DNA of 64,000 bases from positions 2,048,001-2,112,000 of the forward strand of contig CAWJSJ010000002.1 of assembly GCA_963845565.1 (NCBI GenBank). Direction: 5' to 3'. This stretch comes from an uncultured Methylomirabilota bacterium. GTDB taxonomy: Bacteria > Methylomirabilota > Methylomirabilia > Methylomirabilales > 2-02-FULL-66-22. Below the pieces are notes generated by a model that ran no database searches, was not told where the DNA came from, and saw only the letters and a list, made by a program, of their open reading frames with translations. Below are positions 20,481-29,867 of the stretch, one piece after another (positions within the stretch are counted from its first letter, which is position 1; every line of letters starts with the position of its first letter). The translations under genes were made by a program, and so were the position numbers.

Positions 20481-21374
20481 ATGGACACGCGGTCTGCCGC
20501 CAAACTGCTTTCGACCCGACGCGCGATCGAGGACTGGCGCGACCGGAGTTTCCGCCGTCGCCCGGCGCTCAAGGTCCGAGGGGAGCGGAGCGCGCTCCGG
20601 TTCGTCAACGAGGTCGGCTTCTGCTTCACGCTGAGCGACTTCGGGCTGCCGGTGGCGAGCCTGTACGTGGCCGTCTGCGGCCGCCGCCATCCGCGCCGGC
20701 CCATCCATACCCACCACGACCCGGAGATCGGGCTCACGTGGAATCTGAAGAACAGTCTGCCCGCCAAGCGGCTCACCTACTACGGCAAACTGATCAGGGG
20801 AAAGCCGACCCTGGTGTCGCTGGCCCTCTTCCCGGCGTTCTGCGCGGTCATACGGGAGGGAAAAGGGAGCGGGGACTACATCGTGGATTATCGGCAGGGG
20901 CGGATGACCACGAGTGCCGTCCGGATCCTGGAGGCGCTGCATGAGCACGGGGCGCTGGCCACACCGGACCTGCGCCGGGCGGTCGCCCTGCACGGTGCGG
21001 AGCGCACGGTCGACTTCGACCGGACCATGGCCGAGTTGCAGCGGGGACTGTGGATCGTGAAGGTGGAAGAGGTGTACGACCCGGATTTTTACTACCGATG
21101 GGACCTGCTGGACAACTGGCTGCCGGAGCCGCTGGCGATCTCCCAAGACCTCAGACGGTCCGATGCGTCGCAGCGGCTCTGCGTCGCCTACCTCAAGGGC
21201 GCGGCGGCGACGCAACCGCGGTTTCTGGCAAGCCTGCTTGGCTTGAGCCTGGAGGAGACCGGGGCGGCGCTCCGTTCACTGGAGGCGGAGGGGTCCATCC
21301 GCCAAGGGCAACGTTTCAGCGGTCTTTCGGGGTCGTGGGTGGTCTGGACAGGGGCCCGAGCGGATGATCAATAG
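20481..21374 (+). CDS. Winged-helix protein, AlkZ/YcaQ-like (putative DNA crosslink repair)
   Basis: ALRFVNEVGFCF, YYGKLIRGKPTLVS and ELQRGLW motifs; family assignment from memory. Confidence 0.6.
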   Translation: MDTRSAAKLLSTRRAIEDWRDRSFRRRPALKVRGERSALRFVNEVGFCFTLSDFGLPVASLYVAVCGRRHPRRPIHTHHDPEIGLTWNLKNSLPAKRLTYYGKLIRGKPTLVSLALFPAFCAVIREGKGSGDYIVDYRQGRMTTSAVRILEALHEHGALATPDLRRAVALHGAERTVDFDRTMAELQRGLWIVKVEEVYDPDFYYRWDLLDNWLPEPLAISQDLRRSDASQRLCVAYLKGAAATQPRFLASLLGLSLEETGAALRSLEAEGSIRQGQRFSGLSGSWVVWTGARADDQ

Positions 21375-21397
21375 TGCGCGGCGGAAAGGATTTCCCC

Positions 21398-21748
21398 ATG
21401 GAGGATCTGATCAGGGCCGTCCTCGCCTTTCGGGATGCGCGGGACTGGCGGCAGTTTCATAACCCGAAAGACCTGGCCATCTCCATCTGTCTGGAGGCGG
21501 CCGAACTCCTGGAGCCGTTTCAGTGGAAGCGCCCCGACGAGATCGCCGACTACCTCGCCGACGGCACGAATCGGCACCGCGTGGGCGAGGAGATGGCCGA
21601 CGTCCTGATCCTGCTGGTGTCCATGGCCGACGTCCTGGGGGTCAACCTGGTGGAGGCGGCTCGCGCCAAGCTGGCGGAGAACGCGCGCAAGTATCCGGTG
21701 GAGCGGGCCAAGGGAAATGCCAAGAAATACGACGAGCTGGCGTCCTAG
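21398..21748 (+). CDS. MazG-like nucleotide pyrophosphohydrolase
   Basis: RDWRQFHNPKDLA, EAAELLE.FQW, EEMADV and KYPVERAKG motifs. Confidence 0.92.
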   Translation: MEDLIRAVLAFRDARDWRQFHNPKDLAISICLEAAELLEPFQWKRPDEIADYLADGTNRHRVGEEMADVLILLVSMADVLGVNLVEAARAKLAENARKYPVERAKGNAKKYDELAS

Positions 21749-22970
21749 CGCGGCCGGTGGTGGGGCGGCCCTGTTGCTGGCCGGCTTGCTGGTCACGGCG
21801 TGCTCGAACGACGCGCCGCTGGCGGATCGGGTCGAGGCGCAGGTGCGACGTGGGCAAGCGGATCGAGCCCTGGTGCTCCTCGACAAGGAGATCCGGGCGC
21901 GACCGACCGACTGGGCGCTCCAGGATCTTCGCGTGCGGGTGCTGCTCCAGGCCGAGCGGGCGGACCAGGCGCTGCAAGCCTACGCCGAGCGGTGGATGCG
22001 CGAGGGGCACGACGCGTCGGCGCTCTTTCGGGGAATCGCGGTCGCGCTGTTACGCGAGGGGTTGCGCTCTCCCGACGGCTTGATCCGAACGCGGGCGGGC
22101 GCGGCGCTGGCTGTCTGGCATTCCCCGGAGCTGTGGCCCGTGTTCCGGGAAGCGCTCGCTCATCCCGAGGCCTCGATCCGGGCGCTGGCGGCGGAAGGCC
22201 TCGGCAAGCTGTCCGGCGACGAGGCGGATCGGCTCCTCCGGGCGGCCCTCGCCGACCCGGAGCACGCGGTGCGGGCGGCCGCGGCCGCCGCGCTGGCCGG
22301 GCGACAAGACCCGGACACGTTGGCGGCGCTGCGCGGGGCCCTGGCCGACCCCGCGCCGTCGGTCCGGATGAGCGCCGCCACGGTCCTGGCGCGGGGTGGA
22401 GATCCCCGAGCCAGCCGGCTCTTGACGGGGATGCTCACCGATCCGAGCGAGTCCATCCGCATGCAGGCGACGGAGGCTTTGGGACATCTCGGGTTACCCG
22501 ACACGGTTTCGGCTGTCCGTCCGCTGCTCCGCGACCGCAATCCGTATGTCCGGATCTATGCCGGCGAGGCCCTGGCGCGCCTGGGGGAGCCGGAAGGGCG
22601 CCGCCGACTCCTGGGAGCCCTTGCCGATCCGCGCCCCACGGTGGCCCTGTACGCTTCGGAGGCGCTGTCGAACCTGGGAGACGCGGCAGGATCCGAGCGT
22701 CTGGCGGCCGCCCTCGCATCCGGAGAGGACGTGTCCGTCCGTCTGTACGCCGCCTGGACGCTGGCGCGGCTCGGGGACGCACAAGGCCGGCCCGTCCTGG
22801 AGTCGCTGTTGCAACATCCGGATGCGCAGGTGCGGATGCAGGCCGTGTGGACCCTGGGGGAATTCCGGGACGCATCGGGGGTTCCCGGTTTGAAGCGCGG
22901 TGTCCTGGATGCGGCGCACCCGGTGCGCTGGCAGGCGGCGTGGGCGCTGGCGAGAGGGATGGGAACTTGA
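21717..22970 (+). CDS. HEAT-repeat lipoprotein
   Basis: LVTAC lipobox; repeated L.DP...VR..AA.AL units. Confidence 0.85.
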   Translation: MPRNTTSWRPSAAGGGAALLLAGLLVTACSNDAPLADRVEAQVRRGQADRALVLLDKEIRARPTDWALQDLRVRVLLQAERADQALQAYAERWMREGHDASALFRGIAVALLREGLRSPDGLIRTRAGAALAVWHSPELWPVFREALAHPEASIRALAAEGLGKLSGDEADRLLRAALADPEHAVRAAAAAALAGRQDPDTLAALRGALADPAPSVRMSAATVLARGGDPRASRLLTGMLTDPSESIRMQATEALGHLGLPDTVSAVRPLLRDRNPYVRIYAGEALARLGEPEGRRRLLGALADPRPTVALYASEALSNLGDAAGSERLAAALASGEDVSVRLYAAWTLARLGDAQGRPVLESLLQHPDAQVRMQAVWTLGEFRDASGVPGLKRGVLDAAHPVRWQAAWALARGMGT

Positions 22971-23656
22971 TTCCGCAGGCCGTATTCCGCAATCTGCCGC
23001 GCACCGTCGCGATCTGCCTGCTTTGCCTTTACTCCGCGTTCCTGAGCTCCTGCGGCCGGCCACCGGCGCGCCCGGCGATCCCCGGGATCCCTGGGGCCGG
23101 CGAGGTCGGCCTCGCCTCGTGGTACGGGCAGGATTTTCATGGGCGGAGAACGTCGAGCGGCGACGTCTATGACATGTACCAGCTCACAGCCGCGCACCGG
23201 GAGCTTCCCCTGGGCACCTGGATCATGGTCGTCAACCTGGAGAACGGGCGCTCGGTGGAGCTGCGGGTGAACGATCGGGGGCCCTTCGTGGCCGACCGGA
23301 TCGTGGACGTCTCCTATGCGGCAGGGCGACTACTTGGCATGATCGGGCCGGGGGTCGCACGCGTCCGGCTGACCGTCACCCGGCCCGCGATTGCCCCTGG
23401 AGGGGTCCCACTCGGGCGGGCGGCGAGATTCGCGGTCCAGGTCGGATCGTTCATATCGTTGGAGAATGCCCGCGCCGTCGAGCGATCGCTTGCCGAGGGG
23501 TTTCCCGGGGTGGAAGTGGACCGCCGTGTCATCGGCGCAGAGACCTATTTCCGGGTTTGGGTCGGGAATTTTGGTCAGCGGTCCGAGGCTCAGGCGGTTG
23601 CGGAGCGTCTGGCAGCCCGCGGCTTGGCGGTTCTCGTCATCGAACGGGACAGATAG
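22967..23656 (+). CDS. rlpA: Septal ring lytic transglycosylase RlpA with SPOR domain
   Basis: GLASWYG, TAAHRELP and RVNDRGPF motifs; C-terminal VQVGSF SPOR domain; LSSC lipobox; TTG start. Confidence 0.92.
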   Translation: MIPQAVFRNLPRTVAICLLCLYSAFLSSCGRPPARPAIPGIPGAGEVGLASWYGQDFHGRRTSSGDVYDMYQLTAAHRELPLGTWIMVVNLENGRSVELRVNDRGPFVADRIVDVSYAAGRLLGMIGPGVARVRLTVTRPAIAPGGVPLGRAARFAVQVGSFISLENARAVERSLAEGFPGVEVDRRVIGAETYFRVWVGNFGQRSEAQAVAERLAARGLAVLVIERDR

Positions 23657-23715
23657 TCTCACGATCAAACGTTCAGTGTTGTCTGACATGACTCCCCGCC
23701 GGAGGGAGTTTCTCC

Positions 23716-23745
23716 TTGACACTTTTCATTTCTGCATGGTACCGT
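23716..23745 (+). promoter_or_regulatory. Sigma70-type promoter
   Basis: TTGACA-18nt-TACCGT with TG one base upstream of the -10 (extended -10). Confidence 0.6.
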
Positions 23746-23751
23746 CCGCCA

Positions 23752-23905
23752 ACTTCAGTAAAGAGACCCCAGCGCCCCGAATGTGACCTGCCCTGTTTCA
23801 ATCCGCCCCCTGCTGTCTCTTCGGGGGAGCCATTTTCCGGTGGGAAGGGGCCCGAGCCGTCTCGTCCCCCGGTTGGCAGCGCACGCGGACTCTGAGGTCT
23901 CCCTG
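23752..23905 (+). ncRNA. Candidate structured RNA (6S-like rod, or a 5' leader)
   Basis: Nested complementarity GAGACC/GGTCTC, CAG/CTG, TGTG/CGCA and CTGCC/GGCAG around a central open region; inner GCCCC/GGGGC helix and a C-TTCG-G tetraloop. Confidence 0.35.
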
Positions 23906-24013
23906 GCGGCTATCCGGATGGGTCGCGTGCCCCTCCGGGGGCGATGGTTCGACCTCCCTGGGTTTTCCCCACACCGCGCGACGAGGCAGGATCCGGCGCG
24001 CAAGGAGGCGGTG

Positions 24014-24967
24014 ATGCCCAAGCGGTTTTATACGGTCCTGGTTCTTCCGGATGCCACGTCCACCCCGCGGAAGTTCCATATCAGCCGAACGACGATCACG
24101 ATCCTGTCGTCCATGGCAGCGGTTGCCATGGTGGCAATGACTTTCTTCGTCTATCAATATGTCAACCTGAACGTCCGGCTGCTGGAGTTGCGACAGCTCC
24201 GGCACGAGGCGGGTGGTCGGACCCAGTTGGTGGAAAAGGTGGGCCAGTTCGAGGGCGACCTGACCCGCCTGCGTGACCTGGATCGGCGGCTCCGGGTCTT
24301 GGTCGGTCTGGACAAGGCCGAGTCGCAGCCTCCCGCCCTGGCGCAGGGCGGCGCCGACACCGTCAGCCGGAACGTTCTCCTGGATGCTCTGAAACAGCGG
24401 ACCGGCCGGTTCGTGGAGTGGGCGACGCGGGACCTCACCGCGCTCGGGGAGGAGATAAACTCCCGGGAGCGCAGCCTGCGCGAGTTGAAGGTGTTCATCG
24501 AGGAGAAGGCATCCACCCTGGCCGCCACGCCGACGATCTTGCCCGTGAACGGCCTCGTCACGGCCGGCTACGGGTATCGGAAGTCGCCCTTCACCGGGGG
24601 GCGGGAGTTTCATGAGGGGCTGGACATCGCGGCGCCCTACGGGACCCCGATCATGGCCACGGCGGACGGGATCGTGACGTTCGCGGGACCGCTGGCGGCC
24701 TACGGGAACGTGGTCTTCGTCGATCACGGGCACGATTTTGCGACCTTCTACGCGCACAACAGCAGCCACCGGGTCCGCGAAGGCCAGCGGGTGCGACGGG
24801 GAGAGGTGATCGCCCACGTCGGCACCACCGGGCGAACCACCGGCCCCCACGTTCACTACGAGGTGCACGTGAAGGGGGTCATCTCCAACCCGATGAAGTA
24901 CGCGTTGGACGTCTCGGGGGTGCGATTCGCATCCGATGCGGAACAGGAGAAGGCGAACCCGTCCTAA
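24014..24967 (+). CDS. M23 family metallopeptidase
   Basis: HEGLDIA, YAH and GPHVHYEV zinc motifs; N-terminal TM segment and coiled coil; AAGGAGG SD. Confidence 0.93.
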   Translation: MPKRFYTVLVLPDATSTPRKFHISRTTITILSSMAAVAMVAMTFFVYQYVNLNVRLLELRQLRHEAGGRTQLVEKVGQFEGDLTRLRDLDRRLRVLVGLDKAESQPPALAQGGADTVSRNVLLDALKQRTGRFVEWATRDLTALGEEINSRERSLRELKVFIEEKASTLAATPTILPVNGLVTAGYGYRKSPFTGGREFHEGLDIAAPYGTPIMATADGIVTFAGPLAAYGNVVFVDHGHDFATFYAHNSSHRVREGQRVRRGEVIAHVGTTGRTTGPHVHYEVHVKGVISNPMKYALDVSGVRFASDAEQEKANPS

Positions 24968-24990
24968 GAGATTCCACGGCGACAATCTTT

Positions 24991-25032
24991 CACACGCCCC
25001 GGAGGGTGAAATCTCCGGGGCGTGTGTTTTTT
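24991..25032 (+). terminator. Rho-independent terminator
   Basis: CACACGCCCCGGAG-loop-CTCCGGGGCGTGTG followed by TTTTTT. Confidence 0.85.
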
Positions 25033-25075
25033 GGCGGCGTGTGGCCGTTTGGTCGCGGGAACGGCGAGGTTGCTC

Positions 25076-25555
25076 TCAGGGGGTGAGATCAAGGGCGAGC
25101 GGGGGATGAACCGGGCGCAATTCCGTGTCCTCTGCATTGCCGACATCCCAGCGCAGCATGATGAATTTTCCCGGACCGTCCAGCACCGTGTGGGGTGCGT
25201 GCCACACGTTCGGGTGGTACGTGACGGCCTGATCGCCGTCCGCCACGAAAACGACCAGGCGATCGAGTTCGGGGTCGCCCGCCGCCGAGGAGGGGCAGAC
25301 GGCGACGAGGTACCGGGTCCCCTGCACCGGAACGAAGCTCTGCGACGAATATGGGTGGCGTTCGAGCGCATCGATCTGCCATGGTGGATTCGACGGCTTA
25401 CTGAGAAGAAAGGCCATATTGAGCGTCGCCTGTGGTCGGTAGTTCTTCAGCGTGGCGGCGAACTCTTGCCGTGGAACATCGTCACCGGCGGCCATCAGGA
25501 CTTGGCCGAACAGGGCGAACGCCTCTCGCGTCAACGGCTGCGTCGTGTGTGGCAC
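25076..25555 (-). CDS. allA: Ureidoglycolate lyase
   Basis: PLTREAFALFG, LERHPYSSQSFVP, YLVAVC, Q.VTY..NVWHAP motifs. Confidence 0.88.
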   Translation of the reverse strand: MPHTTQPLTREAFALFGQVLMAAGDDVPRQEFAATLKNYRPQATLNMAFLLSKPSNPPWQIDALERHPYSSQSFVPVQGTRYLVAVCPSSAAGDPELDRLVVFVADGDQAVTYHPNVWHAPHTVLDGPGKFIMLRWDVGNAEDTELRPVHPPLALDLTP

Positions 25556-25581
25556 GTTCCAACTCCCGTGACCGGCGATTC

Positions 25582-26910
25582 CTAGAGGTGCAGGCCGAGA
25601 TGTGCGAGCCAGCGCGCCGTCCGCAGGAGGCGGGCGTCGTCGCCCCTTCGCGCCACGAGCTGGACGCCCAGCGGCAACTCATCCGCACCATGGAGTAGCG
25701 GCATGCTGAGGGCCGGGATCCCGCACAGCGTCCAGATCGTGCAAAAGATCGGGCTGCCCGTGGCGTGGAGCCCGACTGGGGCCTCGCTGGGTGTCGCCGG
25801 CGTGAGCACCGCGTCGAAGCCGCCGAGCGTGTTGTCCAGGGCTTCGGCCAGTAGTGGAATCTGCTCCAGCGCTCGCAAGTAGTCTGTCGCCGGAACGGCC
25901 CGGCCGCGCTCGATGATCTCGCAGAGCGTGGGGCTCAGGCGGTCTTTGCCCGTGGAATACTCGGTATGGTAGTGGAGGGCCAGCTCCGGTTCCATGACCG
26001 TACGATGAACGGTGTGGGCTGTGTCGAAGGCGGACGAGAGAGAGATCTCGACCACCCGCGGACCGAGTTCGGCGATCAACTGCGCAAAGGCCTGCTGGGT
26101 GGCCTGACTGGCCTGGCTCCACACCGGGGTCTTGACGAAGGCGACCCGCGGTTCGGCCGGCGGATCCTGCGACGCGACGGCGAGGAGGTTCGGGCGCGAC
26201 GTTGGACGCATGGCGCGATCGCTCGGGTCGAACACCATGAGTTCCTGGGCAAGCACCGCCACGTCCTCCACGGTCCTGCCAAAGACCCCGATCTGATCCA
26301 GGGAGGGTGACTGCGTCAAGACGCCGTTGCGCGAGATGCGGCCAAAGGTCGGCTTGTATCCATAGACACCACAGTAGGATGCCGGCCGGATCACCGAACC
26401 GTTGTTCTGGCTTCCGGTGGCCAAGGGTGTCATGCGGGCCGCCACTGCGGCCGCCGACCCGCTGGACGATCCGCCGGGGGTGCGTCCAGGGTCGTGCGGG
26501 TTCTTCGTCTTGCCTGGCGCCACCAGGCCGAGCTCCGTACACACGGTCTTGCCAAGAATGATGGCCCCGGCCTGTCGAAGCAGCGAGACGACGGTTGCGT
26601 CCTTGGTGGGACGCCGACCTGCATGCAGGACCGTCCCGTTCTCGGTCGGCATGTCCGCCGTTTCAAAGACATCTTTGACCCCCACGGGAACACCGTGCAA
26701 CGGACCGAGGTCCCGTCCTTCGCTGCGCGCGCGATCCGCCCGGCGCGCCTGTTCCAGCGCGTACGACGGATCCAGGAACGCCCAGGCCTCGACTGTCCGA
26801 TCCGCCTCGGCGATCCGCGCCAGGGCAGCCCGAACCAATTCCTCGGAAGAGACGGACCCGTCCCGAACGCGCCTCGCCGCTTCGACCGCCGTCAATTCGG
26901 TTAGCGTCAC
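25582..26910 (-). CDS. Amidase-signature family amidase
   Basis: Own GTG start with AAGGAG SD; GPLHGVPVGVKD, TPGGSSSGSAA and GSQNNGSVIRPAS motifs. Confidence 0.9.
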   Translation of the reverse strand: MTLTELTAVEAARRVRDGSVSSEELVRAALARIAEADRTVEAWAFLDPSYALEQARRADRARSEGRDLGPLHGVPVGVKDVFETADMPTENGTVLHAGRRPTKDATVVSLLRQAGAIILGKTVCTELGLVAPGKTKNPHDPGRTPGGSSSGSAAAVAARMTPLATGSQNNGSVIRPASYCGVYGYKPTFGRISRNGVLTQSPSLDQIGVFGRTVEDVAVLAQELMVFDPSDRAMRPTSRPNLLAVASQDPPAEPRVAFVKTPVWSQASQATQQAFAQLIAELGPRVVEISLSSAFDTAHTVHRTVMEPELALHYHTEYSTGKDRLSPTLCEIIERGRAVPATDYLRALEQIPLLAEALDNTLGGFDAVLTPATPSEAPVGLHATGSPIFCTIWTLCGIPALSMPLLHGADELPLGVQLVARRGDDARLLRTARWLAHLGLHL

Positions 26911-26966
26911 AGCATTCTCCTTCGAGCCATTACATTGAGGGGCCACGAGCACGCCGACCAAGGCAG

Positions 26967-28143
26967 TTAGCGGGCGGTGGCCAAGTATTCCAGCGCGACC
27001 TGGACGCCGCCCTTCCGATGCGGTACCCCGGCGGCGGCCAAGTCCCATCTCGACGCCGCAGAGCGTTCCCGCAAGCATGAGGTCGTTGAAGTCGCCGAGG
27101 TGCCCGATGCGGAACGCCGTTCCCTTCAGCTTGCCCAGGCCGGTTCCGAGCGAGAGGTCGAATCGCTCCAGAATGATCCGACGGAGGGCATCGGCATCGC
27201 AGCCTGCAGGCATCAGGACTCCCGTCAACGCGCTGCTGTACTCGGCGGGATTCTTACAGACGATCTCGAGCCCCCACGACTGAACGGCGCGCCGAGTGGC
27301 CTCGGCATGCCGGTCGTGCCGTGCGAAAACATTCGCCAGGCCTTCCTCCTCCAAGAGATGCAGGGCCTCGCGCAAGGCGTAGAACAGGTTGGTCGCCGGC
27401 GTGTAGGGGAAGAATCCGGCCTGGTTGTCCTCGAGCATCGGCCCCCAGTTCCAGTAGGCGCGGGGAAGGCGCGCCTCTCGGGAGGCCGCCAGCGCCTTTT
27501 GACTGATGGCGTTCAGACCGAGGCCAGGCGGGAGCATCAGTCCTTTCTGGGAGCAGCCGATTGTGACGTCCACCCCCCATTCGTCATGGCGGTAGTCGAT
27601 GGAACCCAGCGAGGAAATGGTGTCCGCCAGGAGGAGGGCGGGGTGGCGGGCCCGGTCCATCGCCTGCCGGATCAGGGGAATGCGACTCGCCACGCCGGTC
27701 GAGGTCTCGTTGTGGACGACGCAGACGGCCTTGATGGCGTGCGTGCCATCTGCCGCGAGTCTGGCCTCGACCACGGCCGGGTCCACGCCGGTGCGCCAGT
27801 CGCCCGGCACGAAGTCCACGGACAGTCCCAGCCGCTCGGCGACACCCTTCCAGAGCACGGCGAAGTGGCCGGTCTCGAACATCAGGACCGTGTCGCCGGA
27901 CGAGAGGGTGTTCACGAGGGATGCCTCCCACGCGCCGGTGCCGGACGACGGATAGATGACGATCGGACCGTTAGTCTGGAAGATACGACGAAGGCCTGTG
28001 AGGACCTCCTTCGCCAACGGGGCGAAATCCGGTCCTCGGTGATCGATGGTGGGCGCGGCGAGCGCTCGGAGGACCCGCTCGGGGACATTGGTGGGGCCGG
28101 GGATTTGAAGGAAGTGACGTCCTGCGCTATGGGTGCGTGACAT
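26967..28143 (-). CDS. Class-V PLP aminotransferase (serine/alanine-glyoxylate, PucG-like), frameshift near 27038
   Basis: GRHFLQIPGPTNVP, HNETSTG, CSQKGLMLPPG, PYTP and FRIGHLG motifs. Removing one base gives ...LAAAGVPHRKGGVQVALEYLATAR then TAA at 26967. Confidence 0.88.
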
Positions 28144-28224
28144 GGTAGTCCCCTCCTGACTGCGATGTGGGCAGTTCCGCAGCGTCCTCGGGATGGCGAC
28201 CCGTGCAGCGACGGGGAGGGGGAC

Positions 28225-28260
28225 GACGGACGGGAGACCCGGATGGGTCTCCCGTCCGTC
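28225..28260. other. Perfect 16-bp stem intra-operon hairpin
   Basis: GACGGACGGGAGACCC ggat GGGTCTCCCGTCCGTC, with no U-tract. Confidence 0.7.
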
Positions 28261-28271
28261 GGGGAACACGA

Positions 28272-28892
28272 CTACAGCAATCGCCGCAAGAGCTCCGCTG
28301 CCCGCGTGGGGTTGAATACGCCGCAGACGCACGGTTTCGTCAGTTCGACGGCGGCCTCCTCGATGGTCAGCTTTTGCTGTTTCACCTTGGCGATCACGCT
28401 GTCCAGGAGCGCCACGGGCACCATCGCGTGACCGCACATCGTGTGAATGTCCAGCTTCTTCTTATCGGGAAGCAACTCGGTCTTGCCCCAGATGCCCAGC
28501 GAAAGCGCCGCGGTGTGGGGCGTGAGCTTCGCCTGGGCGCAGCAATCCTTGACCTCATCGAAGAGGCCGGTCACGATGACGGACATGCCCAGGTCGGCCT
28601 CTCGGATCTCCTTCAGGGACTTGATCAGGTTCTCCTTGTTGTCGAAGTGGGCATGAGCAATGGCTCCGTCCACCATCCGCTTGAAGACCTCTTCGGCGGA
28701 TCCCAAGAGGTACATGTCCCCCTGCTGCGTGTCGCCGATGTTGATCGGGTTGTGTTTCAGGCAAATTCGCAGGACGCCGACGAGCTTCTCGCGGGACCCC
28801 TTCAGGTTGGCGTCCTTCGTGGCCATGGCCATGAGCGTGTAGTCCGCCGCCTGATCGATCGGTGTTCCGGTGCGATGGAGTGTGTGTGTCAT
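28272..28892 (-). CDS. Uncharacterised Cys-motif protein, partner of the 4Fe-4S protein
   Basis: MTHTLHR N-terminus, DCC, TMCGH and CVCGVFNP motifs; 4-bp overlap (ATGA) with the upstream gene. Confidence 0.85.
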   Translation of the reverse strand: MTHTLHRTGTPIDQAADYTLMAMATKDANLKGSREKLVGVLRICLKHNPINIGDTQQGDMYLLGSAEEVFKRMVDGAIAHAHFDNKENLIKSLKEIREADLGMSVIVTGLFDEVKDCCAQAKLTPHTAALSLGIWGKTELLPDKKKLDIHTMCGHAMVPVALLDSVIAKVKQQKLTIEEAAVELTKPCVCGVFNPTRAAELLRRLL

Positions 28893-29614
28893 CGGAGTTC
28901 CTCCACGAACGCCGGCTTGGCGAGGCCGACATTGGTCTTGCCGCAAAGATAGGGTGTGTAGCCCAGACGCGCTAGCCGATCTTTGAAGACCAGGGAGCCG
29001 TCAGGGTAGACGCGCGAGGAGAGTCCGACGCTGAAGACTGTCTCCACTTCGCCGCCGACCTCCTTCAGTGCCGCCAGGACGGCCTCGAGTTTCTCGATGA
29101 GCACGTCCCCCTCCACGATGGCCGACAAGACGAATTCGCCCAAGATATCCTCCCGGAGCTTCCCGGTCTTGGTGTCCTTCATGACGTACGTGACGGGGTT
29201 CTTGGGCTCGAAGCTGATATGGGGGGCGAGGGCGATGCAGACCTTTTCCACATCCCGCATGCTGGTCCCGACACCCGGCCGGCCCAGCTCCACGCCAATG
29301 CCGAAATGGCCGTACCGGATGCGGCCCGTCACATCGTTGGTCTTCATCTCTGCGGTGCCGCGGCCCGAAACGCCGGTGCGGTTATCCACCGTGATCGGAT
29401 CGCTCATCGCTCGCCGGAAGCTCCGTGGCCACGCGAGATCCTCGGGCTCGAAGCAATCATACGGGCAACAGGGCATGCGGTAGCAGTTGTAGCACTCTAC
29501 GCAACGGTCCCGGTCGATCGTCGCCACGTCGTCGTCGCGAATGATCGCTTGGGTGGGACAGTAGACCGAGCACTTCTCGATACAACCCCTGCACTCCTCC
29601 TGGATGATTCGCAT
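28889..29614 (-). CDS. 4Fe-4S dicluster protein with an uncharacterised C-terminal domain
   Basis: CRGCIEKCSVYCP and CVECYNCYRMPCCP, then GRGTAEMKTNDVTGR, ELGRPG and KTNVGL. Confidence 0.88.
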   Translation of the reverse strand: MRIIQEECRGCIEKCSVYCPTQAIIRDDDVATIDRDRCVECYNCYRMPCCPYDCFEPEDLAWPRSFRRAMSDPITVDNRTGVSGRGTAEMKTNDVTGRIRYGHFGIGVELGRPGVGTSMRDVEKVCIALAPHISFEPKNPVTYVMKDTKTGKLREDILGEFVLSAIVEGDVLIEKLEAVLAALKEVGGEVETVFSVGLSSRVYPDGSLVFKDRLARLGYTPYLCGKTNVGLAKPAFVEELR

Positions 29615-29718
29615 GGATTCCCTCCTGTGCATTGCGGGGTCAACGCCCCAAGAACGGGTGGGTCGCCGATCCTTCCCCAAAGGAAAACTCGCCACGGCCA
29701 GATATTAAAGATGCACAC

Positions 29719-29759
29719 TTAATATCGAATTATGTATTATATGTCAAGAATTATTTATT
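29719..29759 (-). promoter_or_regulatory. Island promoter/operator P1 (Fe-S pair to allA operon)
   Basis: Minus strand AATAAATAATTC TTGACA TATAATACATAATTCGA TATTAA (17-nt spacer). Confidence 0.8.
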
Positions 29760-29867
29760 CAGAAAAGATCTTCCTCGAGTGTGTGCTGAGGGGTATCGGA
29801 CCGTGGCGTTGAGGACGCGCGGGGCTTCTCGATGTCGGGAGTTGGAAGCTGTCTGTGAAAAAGGCGA

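Noticed and set aside
21800..23656. 618-aa RlpA with a long N-terminal extension
   Set aside because: The extension is an alternative frame of the HEAT-repeat gene; the lipoprotein signal starts at TTG 22967.
25582..28437. 951-aa aminotransferase-amidase fusion ORF
   Set aside because: One extra base near 27038 causes the read-through. The corrected frame gives a normal C-terminus and a stop at 26967, and the amidase has its own SD and GTG start.
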